64,000 bases of DNA from Treponemataceae bacterium (GCA_963678065.2 CAXXVZ010000004.1:320001-384000); one strand, 5' to 3'. Positions 1 to 10,123 are shown, counted from the first letter of the stretch. Notes: generated from the letters alone by a model not told the origin. A program made the numbers and translations.

Positions 1-714
1 CGTCGTGCGCTCGGGCACCTCGCCCGACTCGAGCGCCGCCACGATGCGGTCGAAGCCATCACGGTTCGCGAGGTAGAAATCGATCTCGCGCCGCGCAGAG
101 GCGGCCCTCCCGAGGGAATCCGCGGCGATGGCGCGCTCGAATGCGGCGAAGCGACGGCGCGCGTCGTGGAAGCCGGGAATCGTCTCGGCGAGGCGCGGGC
201 CGGGGAGATCGGAGAGCAGGTTCTGGAAACGGCCAACCGCCTCGCCGAGAGCGGTGGCTCGGCGGGGGCTGTCGATCACTTCACAGGTGCGGACACCCTC
301 GATGAAGACGAAAGCGCGCCAGAACCCGCCCTCGGAGTCGATCAGGTAGGGATTCCCGTCGCGGGCGCGCAGCACGGAGAGCACCCGGCGCGAAAGATCC
401 GCCACACCCTCGGATGCAAGACGGCGGCGCAGGTGTTCGGTCACCCTGACCATGTTGTCCATGAGGCCGAAGGGCTCGCGGAAGGCGAAGGTGTTGAGGA
501 GCTGGATGAGATAGCGCAGCCGCTTCCCGCCCTGGTCCATCGAAAAGACGTAGGTCCTGTTGATGTGTCCCGATCCGTAGGGCTCGATGCCCGCAAAATC
601 CCCGGGCAGATCGAAGCCGGAAGCGGCCGCGCGGGCGCGGGCGACGAGGGCGGGATCACTGGCGTCGCAAGGAGGCGGAGCATCTGTCTTGGGAGAATAG
701 CGGTTTTCATTCAT
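1..714 (-). CDS. Aminoglycoside-phosphotransferase-fold sugar kinase, N-acetylhexosamine 1-kinase (NahK)/MdsC-like; 3' end runs off the window
   Basis: Not in the ORF track; translated by hand from ATG at 714: MNENRYSP...IEPYGSGHINRTY...RYLIQLLNT...WRAFVFIEG...GRFQNLLSDL...ETIPGFHD...GEVPERTT. Open to the window edge just before the expected HND motif. Confidence 0.8.
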   Translation of the reverse strand, partial: MNENRYSPKTDAPPPCDASDPALVARARAAASGFDLPGDFAGIEPYGSGHINRTYVFSMDQGGKRLRYLIQLLNTFAFREPFGLMDNMVRVTEHLRRRLASEGVADLSRRVLSVLRARDGNPYLIDSEGGFWRAFVFIEGVRTCEVIDSPRRATALGEAVGRFQNLLSDLPGPRLAETIPGFHDARRRFAAFERAIAADSLGRAASARREIDFYLANRDGFDRIVAALESGEVPERTT

Positions 715-836
715 GACAACTCGAGAATGGAGGAAACGCGCTGCTCGCGCAAGACGCCTTCGGTTGGTTTTCTGATTGAGGCAACACGTACTCATCCGGG
801 CTCATACCCAGCCCCGGCGCTGAGAACCCATCTTTC

Positions 837-1889
837 TCAGGACCAGCGGAACGCATATCGCTCCATGGCGTCCATGACAGCCGCCACGTTCTCAGGCGGA
901 AGTCCGGGATAGAGCCCGAAGATCATCATGAGGCCGCCTTCGCGGCTGCCCAGCTTCTCCATTTCTTCCCGGACAAGTTCGTCGATCCGGGCGGGACTGC
1001 CGGAAGCAGTCACGGACTGGCGGTCGATGTCGAGCTCGATACAGGTCTTCCCGGCGAAGCGCGCGGCGATCCAGTCCAGACCGTTCACGAGATCCTGAAG
1101 GTTGAATACGTCCACTCCGCCCGCGATGATATCATCGACGAGTTCCCGGATGCAGCCGTCGGAGTGCATGTGGATGATGGCCCCATGGCGCCGTGCGGGC
1201 TCCATCAGTTTTTCGTAGCTTGGCCGGATGAACTCGCGGAAATACCGGGGAGAAATCATGGGACCTGTCTGCATTCCGAGATCTTCCGGATAGGCGACGA
1301 TCTCGGCTCCCGCGTCGAGATAACGGCGCACTATACCGAGGTTGAAATCTTCCACCATCCGGATCAGCGCCCGGAGTCGCGGCTCATCGTCGGCCATGTC
1401 GAATATGATGTTTTCATAACCCCGTATATCGCAGAGTTGGAGGAAGCTGTGACCGTGGCGCAGGCTCCCGATGGCGGGCAAGCCAGTCACCCTCGCCCTC
1501 GCGAGAGCTTCCGCCTCCGCCTCCCAATCTATCGGGCCGATGCCGGAACAGAGCTCCGGGTCGGGAGGAGCGTAGCCGTCGAAGGCTGCCCAGTCCGCGA
1601 GCGGATGCTCCGTGACGATGCCGGTGATCCCGTCCTGGGCGGTCCTCCAGAGGCAGCCCCAGTCGTCGAGGAAGGGCTCGTCCCTGCGCGCCACGTGCGA
1701 ATAGGCGGGCAGATACTCTCCGGCGGGCCTCGAAAATCCCGGAAAAAGGAAAGGATGAGACTCCATCAGGGCGAACAGAAAGTCTTGCGGATACGAGCGC
1801 CACGAGGCATCGTTGATGTGGAAGGTCATCGGGATATAATCCGGTCGCTCGAACCTGACGGCCCTGAGGTAGTTCTCCCTGCGGTCCAC
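837..1889 (-). CDS. Uroporphyrinogen decarboxylase (URO-D)/MtaA-CmuA-fold protein, function unknown
   Basis: RENYLRAVRFERPDYIP N-terminus, DDWGCLW, RGYENII, EDLGMQTGPMISP, HMHSDG, PPENVAA; GTG start. Confidence 0.8.
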   Translation of the reverse strand: MDRRENYLRAVRFERPDYIPMTFHINDASWRSYPQDFLFALMESHPFLFPGFSRPAGEYLPAYSHVARRDEPFLDDWGCLWRTAQDGITGIVTEHPLADWAAFDGYAPPDPELCSGIGPIDWEAEAEALARARVTGLPAIGSLRHGHSFLQLCDIRGYENIIFDMADDEPRLRALIRMVEDFNLGIVRRYLDAGAEIVAYPEDLGMQTGPMISPRYFREFIRPSYEKLMEPARRHGAIIHMHSDGCIRELVDDIIAGGVDVFNLQDLVNGLDWIAARFAGKTCIELDIDRQSVTASGSPARIDELVREEMEKLGSREGGLMMIFGLYPGLPPENVAAVMDAMERYAFRWS

Positions 1890-1902
1890 GGGCTAAGCCC
1901 CC

Positions 1903-3153
1903 TTAAAGATTCCGGTACAGGAACCGGCCCCTGACGATCGTCGCGCGGACGCGGAAATCGGCGTCCATCAGGGCGAGGTCGGCCAGTTTGCCCACCGCGA
2001 TGGAGCCCGTCTCGTGGTCGATCCCCAGCGTCGTCGCGGGGTTGATGCCGCCCCAGCGGACGGCTTCCTCCGCGGGAATGCCGGCGAAATCCGCGAGACG
2101 CCTGAGCGCGACCTCCATCGTCACCGCGCTGCCGGTGAGATTGCCGTTCACCGCGGGATCATCGTCGATCATCCGGAGGACGCCGTCCCGAGGGTACACT
2201 TTGCGGCCGTCCTTGTAGGTGATGACAAAGCCTTCAGGCATGCCCGTTCCGACGAGCGAGTCGGTGACAATCACTTTTTTGTCGCGGGGCTTCACCTTGT
2301 CGATAAGACGGAAGAAGGGCTTGCGCACGTGCACGGGGCAGCCGATGAGTTCGATGCTCACCTCGTCGTGGAGGTAGAGCGAGGTCTCGTGGCCGGGCAG
2401 GAGGACGAGAGCCTCATCGGGGTCCTCCCGGTAGCCGAGATTGGTGTCGAACATGTGGGTGGCGTGGCGGGCCCCTGCGCGGATCGCCTCCTCCGCCTGC
2501 TCGTAGCTCGCCTCGGAGTGCCCGATAGAGGGGACAATGCCCGCGGCGGCCAGACGCTCGACCATCCTGACGCTCCCTGGCAGCTCCGGGGCGAAGGTTA
2601 CGGTTTTCACCGCGTCGCCGCACTCGCCGAGAAGGCGGTCCACGTCGTCGTCAGTCGGCGCCTTCAGGTAGCGAAGGGCGTGGCCGCCCCGGCAGCGGGC
2701 CGCGAGCCAGGGACCTTCCACGTGGACGCCGTGCAGCATCATCCCGCACTCGCCCTCTTCGCGGACCCGCCCCAGCAACTTCACCTGGGCGATGATGAGG
2801 TCGAAGGGATTCGCCAGTGTGGAGGCCACCACGCGCGTCACGCCGTGGGCGGCGTAGGCCCGCAGGCCCCGGAGCGTCGCCTCGCGGTCGCTCTCCATGA
2901 AGTCGACATCGAGGATCCCGTGGGTGTGCATGTCGATGAAGCCCGGAGACAGGATGAGCCCGGACGCGTCGATCGTCTCGCATTCCTCCGGAGAGAAGGC
3001 TTGCCGCGGGAAATTGCCCGGCGCCGCGCCTTCCGGGCCAGCGACAGTGCCCAGGGAGACGATGCGCTCGCCTTCGACGACGAGATATCCCGCCGGAATG
3101 ACGCCACTCTCCGCGAATATTCTGGCGCCGCGTATCAGAAGCCTCTTCGCCAC
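1903..3153 (-). CDS. nagA: N-acetylglucosamine-6-phosphate deacetylase family amidohydrolase (divergent)
   Basis: PGFIDMHTHG, HVEGPW, TFAPE, GHSEA, THMF, VTD, LTGS, INPA, GKLADL; GTG at 3153 follows a GGAGG RBS (the ORF-track start at 3540 overlaps the upstream gene). Confidence 0.8.
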   Translation of the reverse strand: MAKRLLIRGARIFAESGVIPAGYLVVEGERIVSLGTVAGPEGAAPGNFPRQAFSPEECETIDASGLILSPGFIDMHTHGILDVDFMESDREATLRGLRAYAAHGVTRVVASTLANPFDLIIAQVKLLGRVREEGECGMMLHGVHVEGPWLAARCRGGHALRYLKAPTDDDVDRLLGECGDAVKTVTFAPELPGSVRMVERLAAAGIVPSIGHSEASYEQAEEAIRAGARHATHMFDTNLGYREDPDEALVLLPGHETSLYLHDEVSIELIGCPVHVRKPFFRLIDKVKPRDKKVIVTDSLVGTGMPEGFVITYKDGRKVYPRDGVLRMIDDDPAVNGNLTGSAVTMEVALRRLADFAGIPAEEAVRWGGINPATTLGIDHETGSIAVGKLADLALMDADFRVRATIVRGRFLYRNL

Positions 3154-3209
3154 GATTTCCTCCCCCATCGATCGCGGCGGGACGGTGTCGCCGCCCCGCC
3201 TGATTCCCT

Positions 3210-4172
3210 CTAGTTCACGTCCGGCTCGAGCGGGCCGGCCAGGGGCTTGATGAAGAAGAGCCTGCCCGGCAGCTGCGGCATCACCGAGGAGGGAATCCAC
3301 ATATCCGGCCCGTACTTCAGCGTGACCCAGAGCGTCATACCCTGATAGATCATGTTGCGCACGGGAAGGAATCCGTCCACGCCGCCGATCGTGTAGTCGG
3401 CCTGCATGAAGATGCCCGGGCCTATCGTGTTCGCCCGCGCGGGGACGAGGGTTATCCTGCTCTTGAAGCTCGTGATCGAGTTCTGGATTATCGTCATCGG
3501 GTGGAGTTTCGCGCCGACCCGGTGGGTGGCCTTCATCCACTCGTCCATGTTCGCGTAGTCCGCCGCGAAGTGCGGTTCCCAGAACGCCACGTGGAAAACC
3601 CAGCCGATACCCCAGACGAGGACGAACTTCGCCCCGGCCGCGCGCAATTCGCCGATTCTACCCGCGTATTGCGGCAATTCGTCGCGGGTCGCGAAGTGGC
3701 GCTGCGACTTCGGCACGGTGAGCGCGCCAAGGGGGCCATAGAACGCGGTCTCCATGGCGTTGCGGAAGGCTCCGGGGTTGGAAGCCGGAAGCGTATTCCC
3801 TTCCGAATCGCTCCACTCGTCCATATTGAAGCCATGCACATGGGAGCAGTCGACGTTCCAGCGCTTCAGGAACTCGACGGCCCAGCGGTACATGCCCATG
3901 GGGCCGACCGACCATATCATGATGAGCTGCCGCCCCTCGTCTTTCGCGAGCTTGATCTGGTAGGCGATCTCGTGCCCCATGACCGTGTTGAAATCTTCCA
4001 GACTATCGCTGCAGACTGGAGCGAAATCCTTGTGCCACCAGCTCTCGCGCTCGTAGACCTCTTCGGGCTTCCGGCTGCAGCACCAGTCGATTTTCGCGAG
4101 ATCCCAGGCCGCTGGGTAGAATCCCTCGAAAGCGGAGCCTCCGATGGTATTCAGAAGATCGATCCGTTCCAT
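3210..4172 (-). CDS. Glucosamine-6-phosphate deaminase/isomerase (NagB-fold) protein, divergent subfamily
   Basis: [21 protein letters not shown] (canonical GIGxNGHIAFNEP), [13 protein letters not shown] 4172 with GGAGG RBS. Confidence 0.7.
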   Translation of the reverse strand: MERIDLLNTIGGSAFEGFYPAAWDLAKIDWCCSRKPEEVYERESWWHKDFAPVCSDSLEDFNTVMGHEIAYQIKLAKDEGRQLIMIWSVGPMGMYRWAVEFLKRWNVDCSHVHGFNMDEWSDSEGNTLPASNPGAFRNAMETAFYGPLGALTVPKSQRHFATRDELPQYAGRIGELRAAGAKFVLVWGIGWVFHVAFWEPHFAADYANMDEWMKATHRVGAKLHPMTIIQNSITSFKSRITLVPARANTIGPGIFMQADYTIGGVDGFLPVRNMIYQGMTLWVTLKYGPDMWIPSSVMPQLPGRLFFIKPLAGPLEPDVN

Positions 4173-4183
4173 GTTTTTGCCTC

Positions 4184-5188
4184 CTATGACCGCTCGCCGG
4201 TGAACTGCCCGATCGTGACGGCGGCTATGATGATGACGCCGAGCACGACCTGGCGCATGTATGGGTTGACGTTCATGATGATGAGCGCGTTGCCGATCAG
4301 ACCGATGAGAACGACGCCCAGGAAGATATTGAGCGCGGTGCCCTTGCCGCCCGACAGGGCCACGCCGCCCACGATGACCGCGGCCAGCGAATCCAGCGCG
4401 TAGGAATCGCCGGTGGTGGCGAGGGCGGAACCCACCCTCGAGATGAGGATTATCGCGGCGAGGGCGTTGCAGAGCCCGACCACGATGTAGGCCTGTATCG
4501 TGACCCTGTCGGTCTTGATGCCCGAAACGTAGGCCGCCTTCTTGTTGCCGCCGATGGCGTACAGGAAGCGTCCGTACTTCAGGTAGCGGAGCACGACATA
4601 GGCGATGACGATCATGCCGAGAAAGAAGAGGATGGCCACCGGCAGGACTCCCATGATCCTGCCCCGCCCGAGAAGTTCGAACTTTCCGAAAAGCATGTAG
4701 GATGCCCCGCCCGAGAGAAGAAGCGCGGCCCCGGAATAGACTACCTGAAAGCCCAGCGTGATGATGAAGGACGAGGCCTTCGATTTGACGACGATGATGC
4801 CGTTCAGAAGACCGAGAAGGAAGCCCACCACGAAGGTGCCCAGCACGGCCGCGGGGATGGCCAGGGAAGCCTGCCACGCGGGAACATTCCCGTCAGGAAG
4901 CCCCATCATCTTCTGTATCACCATGGCCAGGAACACGCCCATGAAGGAGACCTGCGTTCCCACCGAGATGTCGACCTGGCCGGCGACGAGAAGCATCCCC
5001 ACCCCGGACGCGACGATGCCGAGGATCGATATCTGCTGGAAAATGTTGATGATGTTCTGGATGCGCAGGAACCTCGGATTCACGACGGCCGTCACCACGC
5101 AGATCGCGGCGATGATGACGATGAGGATGAGAGACTGTGTCAGCCTCGGAGCCCTCTTGACTGTCTGCTCTGCGGTAGTTGTGTTCAT
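4184..5188 (-). CDS. Sugar ABC transporter permease (RbsC family)
   Basis: Multi-[41 protein letters not shown] overlap with the ATPase. Confidence 0.92.
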   Translation of the reverse strand: MNTTTAEQTVKRAPRLTQSLILIVIIAAICVVTAVVNPRFLRIQNIINIFQQISILGIVASGVGMLLVAGQVDISVGTQVSFMGVFLAMVIQKMMGLPDGNVPAWQASLAIPAAVLGTFVVGFLLGLLNGIIVVKSKASSFIITLGFQVVYSGAALLLSGGASYMLFGKFELLGRGRIMGVLPVAILFFLGMIVIAYVVLRYLKYGRFLYAIGGNKKAAYVSGIKTDRVTIQAYIVVGLCNALAAIILISRVGSALATTGDSYALDSLAAVIVGGVALSGGKGTALNIFLGVVLIGLIGNALIIMNVNPYMRQVVLGVIIIAAVTIGQFTGERS

Positions 5189-6696
5189 GTTCGCTTGTCC
5201 TCTTCGTCGACGCCCATGGAGAGGCGAAGAATATTCTCCTCGGTCACTTTGTCGCCTTCGAGTATCGTAGTCAATTTTTTGTTGTTCATGATGCCCACCC
5301 GGTCGCAGACCGCGACGAGTTCCGGATTGTCGGAAGAAATCATGATGACGGCCTTGCCGCCGCGCGCCAGGGCGTCCATCATCCGGTAGATCTCCGCCTT
5401 CGCCCCCACATCGACGCCCACTGTCGGTTCGTCGAAAATGAGGACCTCCGAACCGGCGAAGAGCCATTTGGCCAGGACCACTTTCTGCTGGTTGCCCCCG
5501 CTCAGATTCACGACGAACTGCGCGATCGAGGGAGTCTTTATCTCGAGCTTCCGGGACAGATCGCCCGTCTCGGCGCGCTCCCTGGCCAGGTTCATGAAGG
5601 CGCCCGGATCCCTGGCGGTGCGCGCGAGGCTCACGTTCTCGAAAATCGGGCGGCCTAAAACCAGCCCGTCTCCCTTCCGGTCTTCCGTGAGATAGCCGAT
5701 GCCCTTGCGGATCGCGTCGTCGGGACTCCGGGGAGTGATGTCTTTTCCCTTGTAGATGAGCGCGCCTGAATCCTTCGGATCGAGGCCGAAGATCATCCTG
5801 GCCAGTTCCGTCCTGCCCGCCCCGACGAGGCCGCCAATGCCGAATATTTCGCCCGAGCGCACACTGAAGGAGACGTGGTCGACCACCCCCGAGCGCGAGA
5901 AATCCCGCACCTCGAGGACATCTCCGCCCTGAGCTGCCACGCGCTCGCGGCTGTACAGCGTGCTGCTCGACCGCCCTATCATCTGCCGCACGAGGGTGTT
6001 GAGATCGATCTCGCAGGCTGCGTGGGCGGCCACTTTCCTGCCGTCCTTGAACACCGTGACGCGGTTGCAGATTTCGAATATCTCGCTCAGGTTGTGGGAA
6101 ATGTAAATGACGCTCAGGCCCTTCGCCGTATTCCGTCTGATCATGTCGAAGAGGATATTCCTGCCCTTTTCGTCGAGCGAGGCGGTCGGCTCGTCGAGAA
6201 TCAGTATCCTCGCCTTGCGGGAGCAGGCCTTCGCGATGCTCACCAGCTTCTTCTCGATAAAACTGAGTTGCGAGAGTTTCCTGTCCGCGGAGATGGAGAT
6301 GCCGAGGCCTTCGAGGAGCGTTTGCGCCGCGTCTCTGCAGGCGCGGATGTCTATGAAGCCGAAACGGCTCGAAGGAAGATTGTAGAGGTAGAGATTCTCC
6401 GCCACTGTCAGCTCTTCCACGAGCTGATTCTCCTGGTGGACAGTCTGGATCCCGAGCTCGATCGAGCGGGCGGGATCGAGCCAGGAGTAGGATTGTCCTG
6501 CGACGATGATCGTGCCGGAATCCGGGCGCAGGGAGCCGGCTATCAGTTCGATGAAGGTCGACTTGCCCGCGCCGTTCTGGCCCACGAGGGCCTGAACCTC
6601 GCCCGCGGCGAGGTCGAAATTCACGGATTCGAGCGCCCGGACTCCCGGGTAGGTCTTGGTGAGCTCCACTGTCTCCAGAATCTTGTTGTCAGCCAA
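5185..6696 (-). CDS. Sugar ABC transporter ATP-binding protein (RbsA/MglA family, two NBDs)
   Basis: GQNGAGKST, LDEPT, LSGGNQQK, GVDVGAK; probable TTG start after GGAGGAGG (alternative ATG at 6723). Confidence 0.93.
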   Translation of the reverse strand: MADNKILETVELTKTYPGVRALESVNFDLAAGEVQALVGQNGAGKSTFIELIAGSLRPDSGTIIVAGQSYSWLDPARSIELGIQTVHQENQLVEELTVAENLYLYNLPSSRFGFIDIRACRDAAQTLLEGLGISISADRKLSQLSFIEKKLVSIAKACSRKARILILDEPTASLDEKGRNILFDMIRRNTAKGLSVIYISHNLSEIFEICNRVTVFKDGRKVAAHAACEIDLNTLVRQMIGRSSSTLYSRERVAAQGGDVLEVRDFSRSGVVDHVSFSVRSGEIFGIGGLVGAGRTELARMIFGLDPKDSGALIYKGKDITPRSPDDAIRKGIGYLTEDRKGDGLVLGRPIFENVSLARTARDPGAFMNLARERAETGDLSRKLEIKTPSIAQFVVNLSGGNQQKVVLAKWLFAGSEVLIFDEPTVGVDVGAKAEIYRMMDALARGGKAVIMISSDNPELVAVCDRVGIMNNKKLTTILEGDKVTEENILRLSMGVDEEDKRT

Positions 6697-6726
6697 CCCG
6701 GAACCCTCCTCCCTTACGTACATCCG

Positions 6727-6764
6727 AAAAGCGGGGTCTCAAGAACGGATTCTCGAGACCCCGC
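6727..6764 (-). terminator. Intra-operon stem-loop with U-tract directly after the SBP gene (attenuator or mRNA stabiliser)
   Basis: GCGGGGTCTC-AAGAA-cgga-TTCTC-GAGACCCCGC; a 15-bp stem with one G.U pair on the minus transcript, followed by UUUU. Confidence 0.7.
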
Positions 6765-6785
6765 GGCGCGGCCGGTTCAGGTCGA

Positions 6786-7799
6786 TTACTTGAGCAACTC
6801 GGGCTTGTACTGCCCGGATTTCACGAATTCGTAGACGAGGGGAAGCCAGCTCTCGTCGACTTTCCAGGTGATGTACTTCTGCTTCCAGTCATTCTTGTTC
6901 ACCCAGACGACCGGCGAGTAGGTCTTCTTCTGGTAAGGCTGCTTGTTGAGGTAGGCGAGCAGGTTGGCGGAGCAGATCATGCCGTGCAGTCCGGGGGACT
7001 GGCTCAGGGCGAAGTCGAGGTTGCCCTTGAGGAAGTTGTTGATGTCCATGGGTCCGCCGTTGACCGTGGCCACGGTCACCGCGCTCCGCGGGATATTCTC
7101 TTCCTTCAGCGCCTGGATGATACCCTCGGTGATTTCCTGGCAGCCGCCGATGGCGACGTTGAACTTGAGCCCGGACTGGATGAGGGTCTTCATTATATTG
7201 AGGGAGGGAGCCGTCGCGTACTGCCCGTCCTGGGGCGCGGTCGCGAGTTTGATGCCCTGAAGTTTGGCGATCTCGTCCTTGAAGCCTTTGTCGCCCTGCA
7301 TGATGGGGGGAGTGCCCGCGAAGCCCTGGATCCAGACTACCGACAGGTCGCCCTTGAGATCCTTGCGCAGGCCATCGGCGACGGTCTTGTACACATCGGC
7401 CCAGTTGAAGTCGATGTCCGCGAAGGGCTTGCCCTTGCCATCGGCGAGGCCCGATTCGGTGATCTGGATGGGGATCTTGGCCTCGTTCGCGAGGCGGCAC
7501 GAATACTCGGCGCTCTGGGGGGTGACGGCCGTGACGTTGATGGCGTCGACACCCTGCGCGATGAGGTTCTGGACCGCCTCGGTCTCCTTGTCGGCCTGGT
7601 AGTTGTGATAGGCGAACACCAGTTTGGCGCCCTGCGCATCGGCCACGGTCTGGAAGCCCGCGTGGAATGAGGCGAACCAGCCGATTTCATATGGAATGAC
7701 GACGCCAATTGTCTTCTGCTTTCCCTGCGCGAAGGCGGCGGGTGCGAGTGCGGCGAACACCGCGACGAGAATCATGAGAACGAAAATCCTGCGTTTCAT
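6786..7799 (-). CDS. Sugar ABC transporter substrate-binding protein (periplasmic binding protein type 1)
   Basis: Signal peptide MKRRIFVLMILVAVFAALAPAAFA-QG, RbsB-like fold motifs, AGGAGG RBS. Confidence 0.9.
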   Translation of the reverse strand: MKRRIFVLMILVAVFAALAPAAFAQGKQKTIGVVIPYEIGWFASFHAGFQTVADAQGAKLVFAYHNYQADKETEAVQNLIAQGVDAINVTAVTPQSAEYSCRLANEAKIPIQITESGLADGKGKPFADIDFNWADVYKTVADGLRKDLKGDLSVVWIQGFAGTPPIMQGDKGFKDEIAKLQGIKLATAPQDGQYATAPSLNIMKTLIQSGLKFNVAIGGCQEITEGIIQALKEENIPRSAVTVATVNGGPMDINNFLKGNLDFALSQSPGLHGMICSANLLAYLNKQPYQKKTYSPVVWVNKNDWKQKYITWKVDESWLPLVYEFVKSGQYKPELLK

Positions 7800-7852
7800 G
7801 CGATCCTCCTTGGCTTTCTTGAGAACCCGGACGGGTTCCTGTTTGAGACAGT

Positions 7853-7970
7853 ATTCTACGAGCACTTTGTGATTGTTGTCAAATTCATTCTTGTTTGATT
7901 TCATATTATGCGTAATATTTAGCGTTAATGATCGTTTTTTTGTCGATTTATCGCGAAGTGATGATATAAT
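7853..7970. promoter_or_regulatory. Divergent sigma70-type promoters with a central palindromic operator candidate
   Basis: Minus strand: TTGACA(7882-7877)-18-TAGAAT(7858-7853). Plus strand: extended -10 TGaTATAAT(7962-7970). Palindrome ATATTA-tgcg-TAATAT at 7903-7918. Confidence 0.6.
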
Positions 7971-8005
7971 CGGAAAACTCTTGCAGGATGGAGGATATTT
8001 CAGCC

Positions 8006-10123
8006 ATGAACAGCTTCCCGCACTTGTTCGAACCAATCACGATCGGCTCGATGAAAGTCCCCAACAGAATATGCCACGTCCCCACCGATGTGAGTTCCTC
8101 GCACAGAGATGGGTCGGTGAGCGAACGCGACATCGCGCACCACGCGGCCATCGCCCGGGGAGGCACCGGCCTGGTCATCGTCGGGGCCACCTCCCCGAAC
8201 GGATCGACCAACCGGTCGACCGTCACCAACCTCGTGGCCGACGAAGACACCTACATTCCCGGCCTCGCGAGGCTCGCCGAGGGGATGCACCGCTACGGGG
8301 CCAAGTGCGCGATCCAACTCCAGCACGCCGGACGCCAGGCCTCCCTGCCCCGCGACGGGAAGCTGGCCTCCAACGACCAAGCCATCAACTTCGCCTGGTC
8401 CCAGAGCCACGCGATCGTCTACGCCAACGCCGACGAAAAAAAGAAGACCGTCCACGTGCTCAGCACCGACGAAGTGATCGGCATAGTCGAAGAGTTCTCC
8501 GAAGCCGCCTGGCGCGTGATGCAGGCGGGCTTCGACGCCGTCGAGCTCCACGCCGCGCACGGCTACCTTCTTTCGCAGTTCATGAGCCCTCTCCTTAACC
8601 GGAGAAACGACCGCTTCGGCGGCAGCTTCGAGAACAGGATGCGCTTCCCCCTCGCCATCGTCGGAGCCATCCGGCAGAAATGCGGCGCGGGCTTCCCCAT
8701 CCTCGTCCGCTTCTCCGCCGACGAGTGGGTTCCCGGCGGACGCGAATTGCCCGAGTCGCTCGAAGTCGCCAAGAGCTTCGAGCGGGCGGGCGTGGACGCC
8801 CTCGATATCAGCCAGTGCGTCCAGGAGAGCCCGGGCGCCGGATTCGACCCGATGCAGTACCCCGAAGGCTGGTCGACATTCACCGCGGAGAGCATAAAGA
8901 AGGTTGTCGGCATCCCCGTGATCACGAGCCACTCCCTTCGCAATCCCGAGTACTGCGAAGCTATCCTGGCCGAAGGCAAGACCGACATGGTAGGTCTCTC
9001 CCGCCAGTTCCTCGCCGACCCCTACTGGCCGGTAAAGGCGCAGATGGGAAAGGTGAAGGCCATCCGGCGATGCATCTCCTGCCTCACCGGCTGCTGGCAG
9101 GAATCCATGATGGCGAAGAAGGAAATATCCTGCGCCATCAACCCCGCCTGCGGAAACCGCGACTTCGAGACGATGCGCCCCGTAAAGAAAGCGCTGAAGG
9201 TGGCTGTCGTGGGCGGCGGCCCCGCGGGCATGGAGGCCGCCCGCGTCGCGACCGAGCGCGGCCACACGGTCACGATTTACGAAAAGACCGGCGAACTCGG
9301 CGGCGCCATCCTCGGCTGCTGCATGGCCAGGGGAAAAGAGAAGATGAAATGGTACGCCGACTGGATACGGGGCCAGATCGCCGATCTTTCGATCGACGTG
9401 CGCCTGCACACTGCCCCCTCGGTGGAGGAGCTGCGCGCCTACGACGTTGTGGTGAACGCGACGGGAGCCCGATCCTACGTCCCCTCCTGTCACGGCGCCG
9501 CCGACCGGGTCATCCCCTTCGAGGAAGTCATCGCCTGCCCGAAAGTGAGCTGCGAGTACCACCCGGGAGGCCGGCGTCCCCGGAAACTCGAGGGCGAGCG
9601 CGTCGTCGTCTGGGGCGACCACTACGCGGCGGTCGATACCGTCACCTATCTCGCCGCCATCGGCAAGGATGTCACCGTCATCACTGACCGGAAAGAATTC
9701 GCGGCCGCCGTCGAAGTCATCCATATGTATGTCACGCGCAAGCGCTTCCGGCTGGAAGAGGCCGAGGGCCTTAGCCCGCAGCCCTACAAGCACGCCGTCA
9801 AAGTGCTCGAGAGCTGCACCATCGACGAGATCCGCGAGGGCGAGATCGTCATCGTGGACAAGAACTTCAAAAAGACCGTCCTCGCATGCGACCATGTTGT
9901 CAGCTGCTGGACGGCGCCGGACACACGCACCCTCGAGCTGCTGCGCGCCGCGGGCCTGCCTGTGGTGAACGCGGGCGACTCGGTGGCGCCGCGCAATCTG
10001 CACGCGGCCGTCAGGGAAGGCGCGGCGGCGGGCCTCGCGCTCGACGGAAACCGGCTGTTCAATCCGAACGCCGCCCCGATGGACCGCGTACCCATCGACG
10101 TGCTGGGTCAGCTGACCCGCTGA
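8006..10123 (+). CDS. NADH:flavin oxidoreductase, OYE TIM barrel + 4Fe-4S + FAD/NAD domains (2,4-dienoyl-CoA reductase/BaiCD-BaiH-like architecture)
   Basis: LFEPITIG..VPNRI, ELHAAHGYLLSQF, RNDRFGGSFENR, CISCLTGC...CAINP, VVGGGPAGMEAA; ATG 8006 after GGAGG. Confidence 0.9.
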   Translation: MNSFPHLFEPITIGSMKVPNRICHVPTDVSSSHRDGSVSERDIAHHAAIARGGTGLVIVGATSPNGSTNRSTVTNLVADEDTYIPGLARLAEGMHRYGAKCAIQLQHAGRQASLPRDGKLASNDQAINFAWSQSHAIVYANADEKKKTVHVLSTDEVIGIVEEFSEAAWRVMQAGFDAVELHAAHGYLLSQFMSPLLNRRNDRFGGSFENRMRFPLAIVGAIRQKCGAGFPILVRFSADEWVPGGRELPESLEVAKSFERAGVDALDISQCVQESPGAGFDPMQYPEGWSTFTAESIKKVVGIPVITSHSLRNPEYCEAILAEGKTDMVGLSRQFLADPYWPVKAQMGKVKAIRRCISCLTGCWQESMMAKKEISCAINPACGNRDFETMRPVKKALKVAVVGGGPAGMEAARVATERGHTVTIYEKTGELGGAILGCCMARGKEKMKWYADWIRGQIADLSIDVRLHTAPSVEELRAYDVVVNATGARSYVPSCHGAADRVIPFEEVIACPKVSCEYHPGGRRPRKLEGERVVVWGDHYAAVDTVTYLAAIGKDVTVITDRKEFAAAVEVIHMYVTRKRFRLEEAEGLSPQPYKHAVKVLESCTIDEIREGEIVIVDKNFKKTVLACDHVVSCWTAPDTRTLELLRAAGLPVVNAGDSVAPRNLHAAVREGAAAGLALDGNRLFNPNAAPMDRVPIDVLGQLTR

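Noticed and set aside
3154..3540. Long N-terminal extensions in ORF-track calls (also 4173-4877, 10637-11257, 26546-27559, 48276-49268)
   Set aside because: They overlap neighbouring real genes in other frames; internal starts with RBS or ATGA coupling explain the true proteins.
8006..10123. Specific assignment as bilirubin reductase or a bile-acid Bai enzyme
   Set aside because: It has HGY rather than the BilR HGDR motif, and there is no bai operon context; only a family-level call is supportable.
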